Source: Polymyxa betae A26-41 (Eukaryota > Protista > Endomyxa: Phytomyxea). From it: a stretch of 64,000 nt of DNA. The notes under the pieces were generated by a model, which had not been told where the DNA came from, did no database searches, and was given only the letters and a program-made list of their open reading frames with translations. The position numbers and the translations under genes are program-made. The DNA lies in the NCBI GenBank assembly GCA_003693705.1, contig RBZT01000546.1, positions 62,001 through 126,000 on the forward strand. The letters are read 5' to 3'. Every line of letters begins with the position of its first letter. The stretch's first letter is position 1. Positions 1 through 13,417 of the stretch are shown here, in pieces.

Positions 1-326
1 CGCTGCTATATATGCTGTCCCTGAATGCTCGCCTTATGAACTCTTGGTGGTCACTGAAGACTAACAAGAGGTTGAGCGAAGACAGAATTGACAACGTTTT
101 ATTTGAAACATTGTTTTTTTGGATGCTCTTCTGGTAGATGTTCTTTCACTATACGAATGACTCTTATGAATTCATGGTTGCTATCTATAATCCCTTTCGG
201 AGCAAAACCACACATATAAGCCAAACACAAGTAATTTATTACTGCGATTAAAGCAGAAAGTCTTGAGGGCTATTACAGAAGGAAGAAAATTGGCTTGGTT
301 GACGAGATTTGGTAAAAAAATTTATT

Positions 327-1243
327 TTATCTTGTTACAACTGGAACGGCATGATTCGAGTTCAACTTCAGGCTCTTCTCTTTTGTACATTGTATATCGC
401 TAATATCAGCTTCGGCACGAATCCTTTTCTTACCGATGCTGTCAAATGGCTGCGATTCCGACCTTCTGGATTTCAAGAATTCGGCCACCTTCTTTGAAAT
501 TCCCAAGTTGGGTTTCAGGGAGTCGGGTTCAATCCCTGTCTGTTTGCAAAACGGACAACCCAAATGCGAATCGGCTAATAGAGCTTGACGAATACACGGT
601 GAGCAATATGTTGTAAAACAACATGGCGTCACACACGGATTTGTATACAAGTTCCGGCACAGCTTGCACATGAACTTGGGCGGTACGCCCGTAGCGTCAG
701 TCTGTACAATGGTTGGCAACGACGGCGGCGACCTCATCTCAGGCCTGCAGTTAGATTCCAAGTGCCCTGTTTGTTGACAACGACGACAAGTGATTTCATT
801 GGGTCGAGACGCAGCTACCGATGGGGTCGCAGACGAACTAACTTTAATCGCATTACGTTGTTCATCGGTTGAAGCCAACGGAGCCAATTGCTTTGCATTT
901 TTGATAGATTTTACTACATCCGGCGTCTGCTTGATTCGGACACTGCTGCTATGTGTGGCCGGTACACGTCTGACTTCAACCGAGGTGTTCTTCGGGATTA
1001 GATAATTATCATTAGTGTACCCTACGAAACAGTGTTAAACGATATAAAATATATTTCCGAATTTAGCTCACTTTCACGTGTCTGCGCATTTGTGATAATG
1101 AAATCAAAATCGCGATTATTAGGATCGGTTTTTTCCTGGGCGACGATAGCTTTCTTGAGATCGTTTAATGAAATGACGGCAGAATCGAAGGTGATAGTGC
1201 CCCATTTCTTAGAGACAGACTTGAACTTATAGTGGACGCTCAT
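327..1243 (-). CDS. RBBP6: RBBP6/Mpe1-like protein (DWNN ubiquitin-like domain, zinc knuckle, RING); 2 exons, intron 1022-1071
   Basis: N-terminus MSVHYKFKS...ITFD..ISLNDLKKAI is DWNN-like; CCHC knuckle CRRCQQTGHLESNC; RING CKLC..PCC..CSPC..CPFC; 50-nt GT-AG intron joins the frames. Confidence 0.9.
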
Positions 1244-1689
1244 GATGATCGAAAAATTACTTGACTGTAGATTTCGCAATCAATAATGATCAAGCCGGTG
1301 ACAAGAGATTGGACACCTAAACTAGGCAGGCAAGACAAGGACAGCGCGGGAACCTGTAGAGATCTTGGGGCGCGATCTATTCCAACGGACCGCGGGCAAA
1401 TGTCGCTAGGGTAGCTGGCGATGAAGGACAATGCTAGGACGTCAATGTCGATAGAGAGACAGACGTATATGTATTGATGAGACGACAACAAAGCGAAATG
1501 AAAAAAGTCCGACAGGACCGACTGGTACCAATCAGGTCGATATTACAATTGTCCGATACTGTCTGTATCTTGAGTGGATATGATAGGATCTCATATGACC
1601 CTATGTAATCCTGCATACCAATATCGTGACTCATGCACAAAGCCCACTTGACACGGTCTCGAATATTCTCGAGGTTTATTCAGCTTGCA

Positions 1690-2404
1690 TTGTCGGAGAA
1701 TCTCCCGAATTGAGCTGTTTGGTCAATCACTCATGGTCTGAGTTCATAAAATCGTGTGTTTCGTGACCAGAGATTTCCACGTTGTCAGCTTTCAGAAGTT
1801 ATATTCTGCTGATGAAATTAACAATCGGCAAGTTGGCGTTCAGGGTTTTGATCGCAAAAGCAATCGAAGTGTCTTCTCCTGAACTTGAGTTGTTAACGAT
1901 CTTTAAAACTGCCTGACGGGAGCTCTTTTGAGACGATATTATTGCTGAAATAGACGTCCAGTCTTTGCGCTCCTCAAGTTACTGAAATCCAAAAACTATC
2001 AAACAATCTCCTAACTGAAACCCACCCAGATGCCCAGTTGTTTGGAGAGGATTGAGAACCCCCCAATTCAGCTCTCTGATCTCCTCCTAGTTAGAATTAC
2101 TACTACCAACTAAAAAAATCGTTTAATGCCCTAAACTTCTTGTTGTTGTTTGGAGAACAGGTCAAGCCATTAAGACAACTTCGTCTCGAAACGACCTTCA
2201 GTCTGTGGCATGGGTGTTCCCGACCATCATCAAGCACTGTTCCAAACCATCTCTTCATTCTCCATCACATCCATGATAGAAACTGATACGTTTTTGGCAA
2301 CACGTCCAAGCGCAAGCCCAAATGCTGCAACGATTTCCGCCGCAAATTGTCTCTGGAATGTGGTCCTGGTTTCCAAGGCGTTTTCCAATTCTAAATGCTA
2401 TTAG
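1690..2404 (-). pseudogene. possible decayed gene of unknown family
   Basis: Protein-like minus-strand segments (HLELENALETRTTFQRQFAAEIVAAFG..., LEERKDWTSISAIISS...) broken by several in-frame stops, with an intron-like stretch between them. Confidence 0.3.
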
Positions 2405-2578
2405 TAGCAGGCAGGTCAGTCAGAGCCTGTTCTAGAATGGAGGGTGCACCATCGCAGCCCACATGGCGACATAACCCCAGTGTAACGTAAACGGCAGGTC
2501 GATTCATCTGTCCAGGAGCCTCCATTCAGAATCATTCTTTATTGGTCTTGACGATATCTGCTAGCCAGATAGGTCGCC

Positions 2579-5500
2579 ATGTTGTTCTATGTCAATGGGC
2601 AGAGAATTGAGCTCAGCGACGACCATGTCGACGTGAGCATCACGCTGCTGGAGTATCTCAGGTCGAGCCTGAGGTTGACAGGCACCAAACTAGCCTGCCA
2701 TGAAGCCAGGTTCAAACATCCATGTTTGATGTCGTAATTCATTTCTCACGTTGTGTAGCTGTGGTGCCTGTATCGGTAAGATAACAGCTTGCCGCAATGC
2801 GACAGCCCTTTTTGTTGATATCTTGACTGGAAGTTCTTGTTTCTCATTATGATGCTGACACGAACACCATCGTCCACAATTCAGTGAATGCTTGTATAGC
2901 ACCTTTATGCTCGGTTGCAGATAAGTCAGTCACCACCGTGGAATGTAACCTGTTCGATTTCAGTTCAAATTCGGATACCATTTGCTAAGGATTGTTATCC
3001 GCAGGCATCGGCAGCCCTGAAAACCTGCATGAAATTCAGCAACATCTAGTAGACAGCAATGGATCGCAGGTAGCATCTATTATTTTCCTGATGTGAACTG
3101 AATTCATGCTTTCAGTGTGGATTCTGTACTCCTGGGAGTGCGTCATTTTTTCCTTGAGTTCTCACAAATTGGGCTGATTCTGCTTTCTTGCCTAGTTGTT
3201 ATGAATGTGTATAGCCTTCTTCAGGAGATGAAACAAATCTCGAAATCTGACCTTGAAACTGCTCTGGATGGAAACCTGTGTCGATGCACAGGATATAGGC
3301 CCATAGTTGGTAGGCAGCTCTCAGCCATAGTTGATTATACTGTCTGAATTTACTTACTCACAGACGCGCTGGATCGACTCTGCAATCCTGAAAATTGTCA
3401 TACAGGCAGCAACGGTGATATCGAAGGTCGGCCGCAGCAGAAACGACTTCTTGCTATCGAATAACGCCATGACAGAATTGCTAAACGGACAAGTCAAGCC
3501 GAAGGCGAAATGTCATAAAAAGCCTGTTGAGTTTCCGATTGAACTCATGACAAAGCGGCCGCAAACACTGGTAATCGGTCATGGCAACGAATCAAGGATG
3601 TGGCTACGACCGATCTCGCTGAAAGAATTACTCTTTCTGAAATCTAAGCACAAACTCAACGCGAAACTTGCGGCGGGTTTCACAGAGCTGTAAAACCACA
3701 TTCGTACTCGTTTTCAATGTATCACTGAATGGACTGGGAAAGGGGCATCGAGAAATACTACAAGAACAGCGATTTCCAGATCTGCATCGCAACGAATTTG
3801 GTCCCTGAGTTGAATTCGTGGAAAATCGAACCGAGCGGTCTTCGGGTCGGTGCTTCAGTGACGATCCGCAATTTCGATAAGGCGCTTTCTCAAGCAATCG
3901 AGTCGCTTCCATCTGCTGAAACTGCTTCATTTAAAGAGTTCCGTGAACAAATTCGCTGGTTTGCAGGTTTGCTGATCGTTTTCGCTGTTTATATCCTGAA
4001 CTCCTTGTTTCAATCCAATTTCACTGCCACTTACTGGTTTGCTGCAGGGCGATCAGTTCGCAACGTTGGAACCATTGGAGGAAACATTGTAACGGTACCT
4101 TCCTCTACACAACGTTCCGAACTTGCGGCATAATGTTTAATTAGGCGTCGCCCATCTCCGATCTGAACCCGTTGCACGTTGCTTTCGGGACTCTGTTGAC
4201 CTTGCAGTCGGAGACAGCAATGAGGACGCTTCCTGCTGCGTCCTTTTTCAAGTCATATCGTACTGTCGACTGTCGCGAAGACGAGATCCTTCTGTCCGTT
4301 ACTATCCCGTTTTCAGCAGGAAAAGGTCACTGCCAATCTCCCTCAAAACCCTAACTGAATGTAAATTAAAGGCTCCTACTATCGAGCCTATAAGGTATCC
4401 AGACGTCGCGAAGACGATATCGCCATCGTCTGCGCTGGAATGCGACTGCAGGTGAATCCATTTACCAACACCATAATAGATGCAGCTTTCGGATATGGAG
4501 GAATGGTAAGCGGGTTGCATCCTGCCAGATCGCCCAAGTCCCAACCTCCAATTCAGGCTCCCACAACCGTACTGGCCACCAGAATGGCTAATTTTCTTAT
4601 TGGAAAAACGTTCAGTTTGGGGTTGTTTGACACGATCGTTCCCATCGTTCAGACTGACCTGCCGTTGCCGGATAATGCACTTGGCGGTATGGCGCATTAT
4701 CGTCGCACGTTGACGTTATCTCTCCTGTTAAAATTTTTTCACTATGTGGCTGGCAGCAAAGGCCCGTTGGCATCGCTGAGCGAATATTTTACACGACCGC
4801 CTTCGAAAGGCCTGCACTATTTCAATACTGATGCGCGAACCAAAAGGTCAGGGAAGTGTGCAGCCGATTTGTATTTTCTCCTGATTTGCCCAGCCATGTA
4901 GTCGGTGTTCCTGGTGCACATCTTGCCGGAAAATTGCACGTCACTGGTTCTGCTCAGTATACTGATGACATTCCAGTGCTGCCTGGTGCACTGTTCGCAG
5001 CGCTGGTCGTCAGCACGAAACCACACGCGATTATTAAATCGGTGGACTGGTCGCGGGCATTGACCGCCCCTGGCGTTCACAGGTGCAATTACCATGGATT
5101 TCTGCTCATCTTATTATGAACTGGTTTTAGTTTTCTTGATTGGAAATCGGTTCCGGGTTCGAACGACATCGGACCGATCGTCATCGACGAGGAAGTTTTT
5201 GCTTCAAAGGAAGTGAATTGCGTGGGGGCTGTAATTGGGGCCATTCTTGCCGATAGCGATAGCCACAGCCAGGTGAGCGCTTTGGTCTTTCTGATAGTAT
5301 TCGTTGATTTCGGTTGTAGGCGGCTGCGAAACTTGTTTCTGTCGAGTATGAGATACTGCCGCACATTCTCACGATCGAAGACGCTATTGGGATGGAGTCG
5401 TTCTTCAAACCTCCCCATAAGCTGGCGCTTCAGAAGGGCAACCTGGAAGAGGGTTTCCAGAAGTCGGAGGTGAAGCTTCCGATTTGTTCTTTAATTGACT

Positions 5501-8073
5501 TCTGAAATGACGCAGGTCGTTATTGAAGGATGTCTCAAGATAGGAGGGCAGGAACACTTTTATATGGAACCACAAGTCTAAAAATGCGTTTACCTGTTTG
5601 GCTTAGAGTTAATTTCGGTTTAGACAACGGTGGCGACGTGTGGAGAGAGCCGCGAAATCGAAGTGTATTCGTCGACGCAAAACCCGACGAAGACCCAAAC
5701 GTAACACAGAGTATAGTGTCCATTATAACCCTATCATGATTAATAATCAGGTATGTGGCTAAAGTGCTGGGCATCCCGAAGAATCGGGTTGTAGTTAAAG
5801 TCAAGCGTGTTGGAGGCGGATTTGGAGGCAAAGAGACCCGCAGTTGCTTTGTGAGCTGTGTCGCCGCCGTCGGCGCTGCACGAACTGGTCGTCAGGTTCG
5901 ATATTAATCTCTACTGCCGCCTTGTATGAAAATTTTGCAACGATTAGGTTCGCTGCGTATTGCCAAGAGATGTTGATATGAGCATCACCGGGACCCGGCA
6001 CGAATTTTTCGGGAAATATCGCGTTGGTTTGGCTCGTTCAGGCCGCATTCAGGCCGTTGACGTAAATCTGTATTCGAATGCCGGGTGCTCGTATGACCTA
6101 AGGTTTCATTTGTGTTGGCACAGTACTTGAAAAGCTTACTGCGGTACAGTATTCCCGTGATGGAACGGGCCGTATTCCATGCAGAGAATGCTTACGAGTT
6201 ATCTGCCATTCGATGTCAAGGATTCGTCTGCCGAACAAACACACCGTCCAATACGGTAACTTTTGTTTTGGACTTTTCGGTGTTTTATGAAATTGTCGTT
6301 AAGGCGTTTCGAGGGTTTGGTGGGCCACAAGGCATGTTGGTTGCCGAAACATGGATGGATCACGCTGCCAGGACGATTGGTTTAGATAGACACGATTTGA
6401 TTCGCCTGAACATGTTCCGATGTGATGAGAATGTGCGGACCTATTTCGATCAACTGGTAAGCATATCTTGTCGTTCAAACAACCACAATCAAACTGCTCA
6501 GGTTCTTTCATGTCCACTGCAACAAATGTGGAGCGATCTGTTCAGAACAGCTGAGATTGATCGCCGAAAGGTTGTACTGCGCAGCTGAATCAGCCAAACC
6601 TCTGAAGGATCTGTTCAGGTGGAGATCGATCGATTCAACGCAGAAAACGCCTTCGCAAAAAAAGGACTCGCATGCATTCCGACCAAGTTTGGAATGAGCT
6701 TCACTCTCAAGGTCGCGCTAGTTGCTGATAGCCATGCTGGTTTCCTGATTCGTTTTTCCCTGCAGATGATGAACCAGGCAGGTGCCTTGGTGCACTGCTA
6801 CACGGACGGATCGGTTCTGGTCAGCCACGGAGGCACTGAGATGGTTGGCTCCCGCCAGTACTGAACCCCAGACGAAAGCTAAGGTTAAAATTCGCAGGGC
6901 CAGGGACTCCATACGAAGATGTGCGCCGTTGCCGCTCACGAATTTGGCATCCCGCTCGATCAAGTTCATATCTCCGAAACTGCCACCGATAAGGTAATGG
7001 ATGCTCAATTCGGCTTTGTGATATCATTCAACTGAGACATGCTCAGGTCGCCAATACGCATCCGACAGCGGCTTCCGTGAGTGCAGATTTGAATGGGGCA
7101 GCTATACAAGATGCCTGTCGTCAAGTACAAAAAATGATTCTATACAGATTACGTTTCTGTGCTGATCTTGACATGGTAGATATTGAAACGGCTGGAGCCG
7201 ATTCGACAGCGAATGTCTCCAAATTCAACGTTCGCTGAAATTTTGACAGAAGCGCATGCTGATCGAATCAACTTGTCTGCAAACGGGTTTTACTGGTTCG
7301 TCCAGGAGTCGGAAAATTGTCTTCTTTTACAATCTGTCTTTAGTACACCAGATTTGGATTTCGATTTCAATCTCGGTAAAGGGCGTCCGTTCAATTACTT
7401 CGCTTACGGCGTCGCTGCTGCTGAAGTTCGCGTATGACGGGTTTTCGGTGTATAATTTCGTTGAGCTGATGAGCATTGGGCAGATTGATTGCCTGACAGG
7501 AAATTTGTTAGTCGAGCGTGTCGACATCATACACGATGTCGGATCGTCGCTAAACCCGACCATCGATATCGGCCAGATCGAAGGAGCGTTTGTCCAGGGA
7601 TATGGCCTCTTCTGTATGGGTAGGGACTCGATTTATTGGCCAGGCTGCATCTGAGTCGTGTCGCACCCAGAGGAGATCGTGACCTTACCGAATGGATTGT
7701 TGTTTACCCGAGGTCCGAGTACTTACAAGATTCCATCGTGCAGCGATATCCCTATTGATTTCCGTGTAACGCTACACCAGGACCGGCCTGAAGCTGATCG
7801 TAAGCCTATTTTCAAATCTTGTTGGTTCGAAACCTGAACCGATTCTCAGGGCGATTATCGACAATTCACAGCTCCAAGGGCGTCGGCGAGCCGCCACTGT
7901 TTCTAGGTTCGTCCATCATGTTTGCAGTCAAGGAGGCCATTTATGCCTATCGGCAAGACAACACATACTTCCGCCTTGATTCACCTGCCACCTGCGAACG
8001 AATTCGCCTCGCATGTGAAGACCGTTTCACCAATGTTACAAAATCGTCAAACGCCTCAACAACAGCGAAATGA
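2579..8073 (+). CDS. XDH: xanthine dehydrogenase (molybdo-flavoenzyme), about 30 short introns
   Basis: [28 protein letters not shown] and [12 protein letters not shown] (2Fe-2S); [16 protein letters not shown] and FFKSYR (FAD/NAD); [31 protein letters not shown] and SKGVGEPP (Moco). Residues equivalent to Glu802, Arg880 and Glu1261 are present, favouring XDH over aldehyde oxidase. Confidence 0.96.
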
Positions 8074-8248
8074 ATCAGCTGTTCGTTAGTTATAAATTAG
8101 AGCAGATGTGAATTCAGAAACTTGAACCGATTTTTTGGCTATTTTACTTTGGTGTCTTATTCGGTAGTCCGTGACGGAGTTAGCCATTTTGGTCCAGCCT
8201 CATCGTCGGCGTCATCCCAGAGTAGAGACAGCCACGACTCACACAGAC

Positions 8249-11058
8249 ATGGTGGCCGCCGTGTCTTATCAGCCTACACCGAACACGTTCGGTATTCCAA
8301 TGCCTCCGGATTTGGACACTTCGTTCGATACCGTGATCATAATTGATGGGCTGCCAATCGCCCCTGTGGCAAAATTCGAAAAATTAGTCAACCTGATTCG
8401 GAAGACATTCCTGAGGTCAGCAACATCGCCCTCAATGTCGCTTGCGAATATCGAAATAACCTGGTTATAACTATTAGATTCGGGGAAATCGTGGAAGACG
8501 GGCTGTACTTGCCCATCGATGATTCCACCCAGCAAACGGTGGGCTACGGGTTTGTCGAATATCGCGATGAGGAGTCGGCCCAGGCCGCCATTGCCACCAT
8601 GGACAAGACGCCCCTCGACAAGAAGCACACGTTCCGTGTGTTCTCCTGGAAGTCGGTGCCGGCCCTACTGCCCGCCAGCTCTTGCTGATGCTATGATTCC
8701 AGGGATTTCGATCGTCTCGAGAACTACGACGACGAGTACGTGCCAGCCGAACGCAACGAGTTCCTGGAGCGCGACAACCTGCAGAGCTGGCTGCAGGACG
8801 AGCAGGTCCGCGATCAGTTCGCTCTTCGATTCGCGGACGAGACGCAGATCAAGTGGCACGACCCGCTGATGAACGAGGGCTCCACGCCCTGCTACAGCGG
8901 CGAGAAACAGAAACTGTCCGGTAAGAACTGGACCGAGATGCAAGTTCAATGGTCACCTTTGGGCTCATACCTCGCCACATTCCACCAACAAGGTAACATG
9001 CCTTTTGCTGTCCCCGAACTATTTATCCTCCGAAGCCTGTTCGAACCGTTTTAAAGCACCAAAATATTTCCTTTTCTGATCTGCACTTCATTTGAATTCT
9101 TTGATTGACTGTTGTCATCAGGTGTCATGCTTTGGGGTGGATCTGACTGGTCGAATATGGCCCGATTCGGTCACGAAAGCGTGAAACTGATTGATTTCTC
9201 ACCCTGTGAGAGGTACCTGGTCACGTACTCGGGCATTGAGAGCACCAAGCGCGATGAATGTGACGCCGTCCAGGTATGTGACGTCCCAGCCTTGTGATCT
9301 GCGGCTAATCACGTTTTAGATTTTCGATACACGCTCCGTCAAATTGCTTCGTGGCTTTGCTGGTCTCACATCGAAGGTAATCGGCCATAAACGCTTTTCG
9401 AACAGTTTCCAATTCCAAAAAATCGGTTTCCAATTTTCGCATGTTTCCAATTATTGCTGATTTGAAAGTTTTTTTATATCATCATTATTAACGGCTTCTC
9501 TTAGACGCTCAACTGGCCTATTTTCAAATGGAGTCATGATGGGCGCTATTTCGCCCGTCTCGGCGAGAACGAGATCCACATCTACGAGGTTGGTTGCGTC
9601 TATCGATCCCGCCATCCCGTTTTCGCTCATTGCTTCACAGACTTCGACGATGAAACTGCTGGACGGGAAACCGCTCAAAGCCGACTCCGTTCAGGAGTTC
9701 GAATGGTCGCCATCTCAGCACATCATCTGCCACTGGTCATACTGCTCCCTGCTTGTATTTGTCCCATACTGAACACGCTGTGTAGGTCCCCAGAGCTGGA
9801 TAACATCCCTGCTACTGTTTCGCTCGTTTCCGTCCCGGATAGGAAAACCCTGCGTATGTTCATCGATTTTCTGGTTCCTGCCAGATTTTTAGCATCGTCG
9901 TTCATCATTATCTGATATTGATCATTTCAGGTGAGAAACACTTGTTCAATGTATACAGTGTTAATCTGCATTGGCAATCATCGGGCGAATACCTCTGTGT
10001 TCGTGTGGCTCGTCTCAAGTCCAAGACCAAGAACAAGGCCAACAAGGTCGTCTCCACCAACTTGGAGGTATTCCGTCTCATGGAGAAGGACGTTCCCGTC
10101 GAGGTCGTCGAATTCAAGGTCGCCTCTTCAATTCGGTGTTTTTCTTCGACGATGGTTGGCTGAATTCGATGTTCGAGCAGGACCCCATCAGCTGTTTCGC
10201 CTGGGAGCCACGCGGCGCCCGGTTCGCGGTCGTACACGGCGAAGGATTCGCCAACAAGTACAGCGTCTCGTTCTATGTGGTGAAGAAATCCAAGATTAAG
10301 CTCGACTATACGCTGCCTGAGACGAAACCAGTCAACAATCTGTTTTGGTCGCCTACTGGTAGCTTCATCATTCTGGCCGGATTAGGTATCGCTGTCTCTA
10401 TGTGAATCTGCTCTATTCACTGAATTGCTGTGTTCAGGCCAGATGAACGGCACGCTGGATTTCTTCGATGTCAACCGGAAGGTATCGATGGCTGTCAACG
10501 AGCATTTCATGTGCAATACTGTTCTGTGGTCGTCATCGGGTGTGTATGTGACAACGGCCGTGACACAGCCGATGAACTCGCGCGAGGCCTGGAGGTTCGC
10601 TAATGAGAGCGGATGCAAGATCTGGACGTTCCAGGGTGTTCTGAAGCAGGAGTCGCCCACCGAACAATTCTATCAGTTCCATTGGCGTCCGCGTCCTCAG
10701 ACCCTCCTCTCCAAGGAACAAATCCATCAGATCCGCGGTAGCATTCGTGAGACGTACTATAAGAAGTTCGATGAAGAGGACGAATCGGTTCGTCAGAGCC
10801 AGTTGTCGGTTGAGGCACGATCGCGTGCCGATGCTAAGAAGGTATGACGATCGGCCATGTTGATGAATCGTAACGCCTGAATCGATGGTCTAGTGGTTCC
10901 GTGATTATCGGGCACAATGTGAGGCTCGTGTACGAGCGGATGCTGCTGCTCGACAGGAGTTGCGTGGTGGTGTCCCGAGTGAAGATGAAGCCGATTTCGA
11001 GGTCACTGATGTTAGTGTCGAAGAGGAGATCGAAGTCCAAGAGAACATCCTCCCATGA
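8249..11058 (+). CDS. EIF3B: translation initiation factor 3 subunit B (Prt1), multi-exon
   Basis: N-terminal RRM (IIIDGLPI..GYGFVEY..LDKKHTF), WTEMQVQWSPLGSYLATFH, WD40-like repeats, FHWRPRP and C-terminal VEEEIEV. Confidence 0.95.
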
Positions 11059-11170
11059 TTGTCGATTCTTCGTTTATAAACCTGATTCGAAAATATTTCT
11101 ACCCTATCGATATTATATTGCTGTTGCCTGTTGAAGTACAGAACTGTCAGAACCGCTTTGTCTTTTAAAC

Positions 11171-11257
11171 TTGTTAGAAGACAGCTCTTTGCTACAAAAC
11201 AGCGCTCTGTTATCAGACAGCGCTCTGTTATAAGACAGCGCTTTGTTATAAGACAGT
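11171..11257. repeat. 18-bp tandem repeat, ~4.8 copies, consensus YTGTTATAAGACAGCGCT
   Basis: Directly visible: ttgttagaagacagctct ttgctacaaaacagcgct ctgttatcagacagcgct ctgttataagacagcgct ttgttataagacag. Confidence 0.9.
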
Positions 11258-11352
11258 CTTTATGACTCAGCCAGACTCTATTATGGACACGCAGACAGAG
11301 AGTCGCTGAATTTGTCATTCCCGATTCCACGCCGAATCTGGGTTTCACTGTC

Positions 11353-12376
11353 ATGATGGCGTCGTCGGCCAGCTCGGTCGGTTGCCTGCAGGCCCGCTGG
11401 CCAATCCAGACGTTTCTTGTGCCCATTCATGTCAACGTTCCGGCTCTGCCTGGTTCGGTCTGCGCCCATCTCCTGCAGACGATGGTGAAATTCGTCCTGT
11501 TTATTCGTGAACAGATCTCAGCGTTCGTTCTTTCGACCGTTTTTATATCATTAATTCATAGACCCATTGCAGCAATCAATGCTGGAATATGTTGATATTT
11601 TGCCTGTGAATTTCTGCTTCTGAGTTGTCTATTGTGCAGGCCGTATCACGAGATTAGCGCTCTAGTCGATTCAGAGCAGCTTCGACGAAGTTCAGGGAAG
11701 CCGTGCTGCAGATCGTCCGCTATGAATCGCTACATTAAGGTTTCAAGAACGAAATCGTTTCATTGGCAGATCTCTGAGCCGTTGAACGTCTTCAGTTCGT
11801 CAGCGAAGCCGAAGCCGTGTTGTCCGCCATCTCGAACGTTTGCGCCCGCTTTCGTATACACCGAGTCTATCTTGTGCTCGGGTCAGCGCTAACGTCAGCT
11901 CGAGAGATATTCGACGTGACATTCAGCGACCAGAATGGACTCACTGCAGATTACGGAATTGAGACCGGGAACGAACAGGTCGGATCTGTTTGCTACAATT
12001 CAAATCACCTGTTCAAACCAGTTTCTATTTTTCATTAGTATTTGGATTTGAAAGTCTTTAGCAGATTATGGATGCGATATCCAGATCAATGCTGCGACAG
12101 CTAATCAGCACGTATTCGGAGGTGCTGCCCACTAACACCCAGCGTAGCACCCTGTTCTTATTGGTGCAATGCGACCGTGGCCCTGATTGTCCGGATGGGT
12201 TCGTCCCCAAACACAACCTGGCGATTCGGCCCCGGAAGGACGCCGTCCAGCTCCGGGTTTGCGTCCGAAATCACACCGACCTCGTCAACGACGAAGACGA
12301 CGCCGGTGACCGGCTCTGGTTCCAGAGCTGTACCTCCATTAAAGGATTACGAGGCGTCCCTCTTCCCAACACTTAG
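11353..12376 (+). CDS. MAD2L1BP: p31comet / MAD2L1-binding protein (HORMA fold), multi-exon
   Basis: VKFVLFIREQISAPY, RVYLVLGSALTSAREIFDV, FVPKHNL and C-terminal LWFQSCTSIKGL match p31comet motifs (KHIMYQRQQLP, LILLGG..SPKEFY, PKLNY, WFQ...KG). Confidence 0.8.
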
Positions 12377-12506
12377 CCATCAATAACATCGGATTCAATT
12401 ATTTAGAAACTTTATACGAGGCTTGTGCGATTGCATGATCGCTGCAGAATTGAAAATCCGAAGACGCGCAGTTTCATCGCTTCTCAACAGTTCCAGTAGC
12501 TTCATT

Positions 12507-13394
12507 ATGGTGGCGCCCTCCGATCGCTTTGACGATGACGACAATCTGCATTCGCGCGACGGCTCTGTTACCCGCATGTCGCAAATGGTATTGATGTTTT
12601 GTGCCGAACGGCCACTTCGCCCTGACTATCATTGTAGCTGATGCAGGGCTGGACAATGTTGGCCTCTCATTGCCCGGCCTGTACGACGGTCTTGCTGCGA
12701 CATCGCGACCATGGCATGTTCTGTGTCTCGTGCAGAATGGCTTGCATCACTGAAGAGGAAGCTGAAGCCCAGGGTCTGCGATCATCGTCGGCTGCCGTTA
12801 CCGACGCCATCCGCGACGAAGAAGGGCGGCCGAACGACGACGATGATGATGACTGGCAGCCGCCCACAGCTGAAGAACGGCGACGGATCCAGGAACGGCT
12901 TGATGAACGAGACCGGGTTAGTCAAGTGATGGCGGCCAAGATGTTGGCTGGTTGGGCCATGCTTAATGATCATTGCTCAGTTTGTGTAAGTTCGAGATGC
13001 TTTTGCACTTTTGTCTTCGTTTGTAATATTCGTATAGAGCACACCTCTGCTACGAGATCCTGAACATCGTCTCTTCTGTGTCGCTTGTGATCGTTATAAC
13101 AATGAAACTATTGAAAGGCAAACATCGAGTTCGACGGTCGTTGAGGGCGTCGAAGCAAAACCCGAGCCAATTCCTGCTCCAGCTGCAGCGACTGTCGCGA
13201 CCCGAGAAAGTCCAATGGTCAAGGTCGGCAGTGACAATGCCTTGTCAGGGTCGAAACAGATACTGTTGGAAAAGCTGTCCCAACTGAGTAGCAGAATGGC
13301 AGAAGCCACCGAAACCGGGTCGGTGGTCCAGCTGGCGAGCGCCATGGAATCGGTGGCCAAAGCCATTTCTGCCGTTTCCAATCTCACAGTGTAA
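12507..13394 (+). CDS. SSSCA1/ZNRD2 (autoantigen p27)-like protein with two zinc-ribbon domains
   Basis: SQMLMQGWTMLASHCPAC..LLR..FCVSC and SQVMAAKMLAGWAMLNDHCSVC..PLLR..FCVAC; helical C-terminus. Confidence 0.85.
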
Positions 13395-13417
13395 ATGTTC
13401 CTTTAAAAGTTTCTTTA

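Noticed and set aside
11171-11257. 18-bp array as a CRISPR array or a Tn5/Nextera adaptor
   Set aside because: Units are contiguous with no unique spacers and there are no cas genes. The core TATAAGACAG differs from the mosaic end TATAAGAGACAG.
10905-11426. 173-aa minus-strand ORF containing CLITER repeats
   Set aside because: Translation artefact of the minisatellite; it lies antisense to the eIF3b and p31comet ends.
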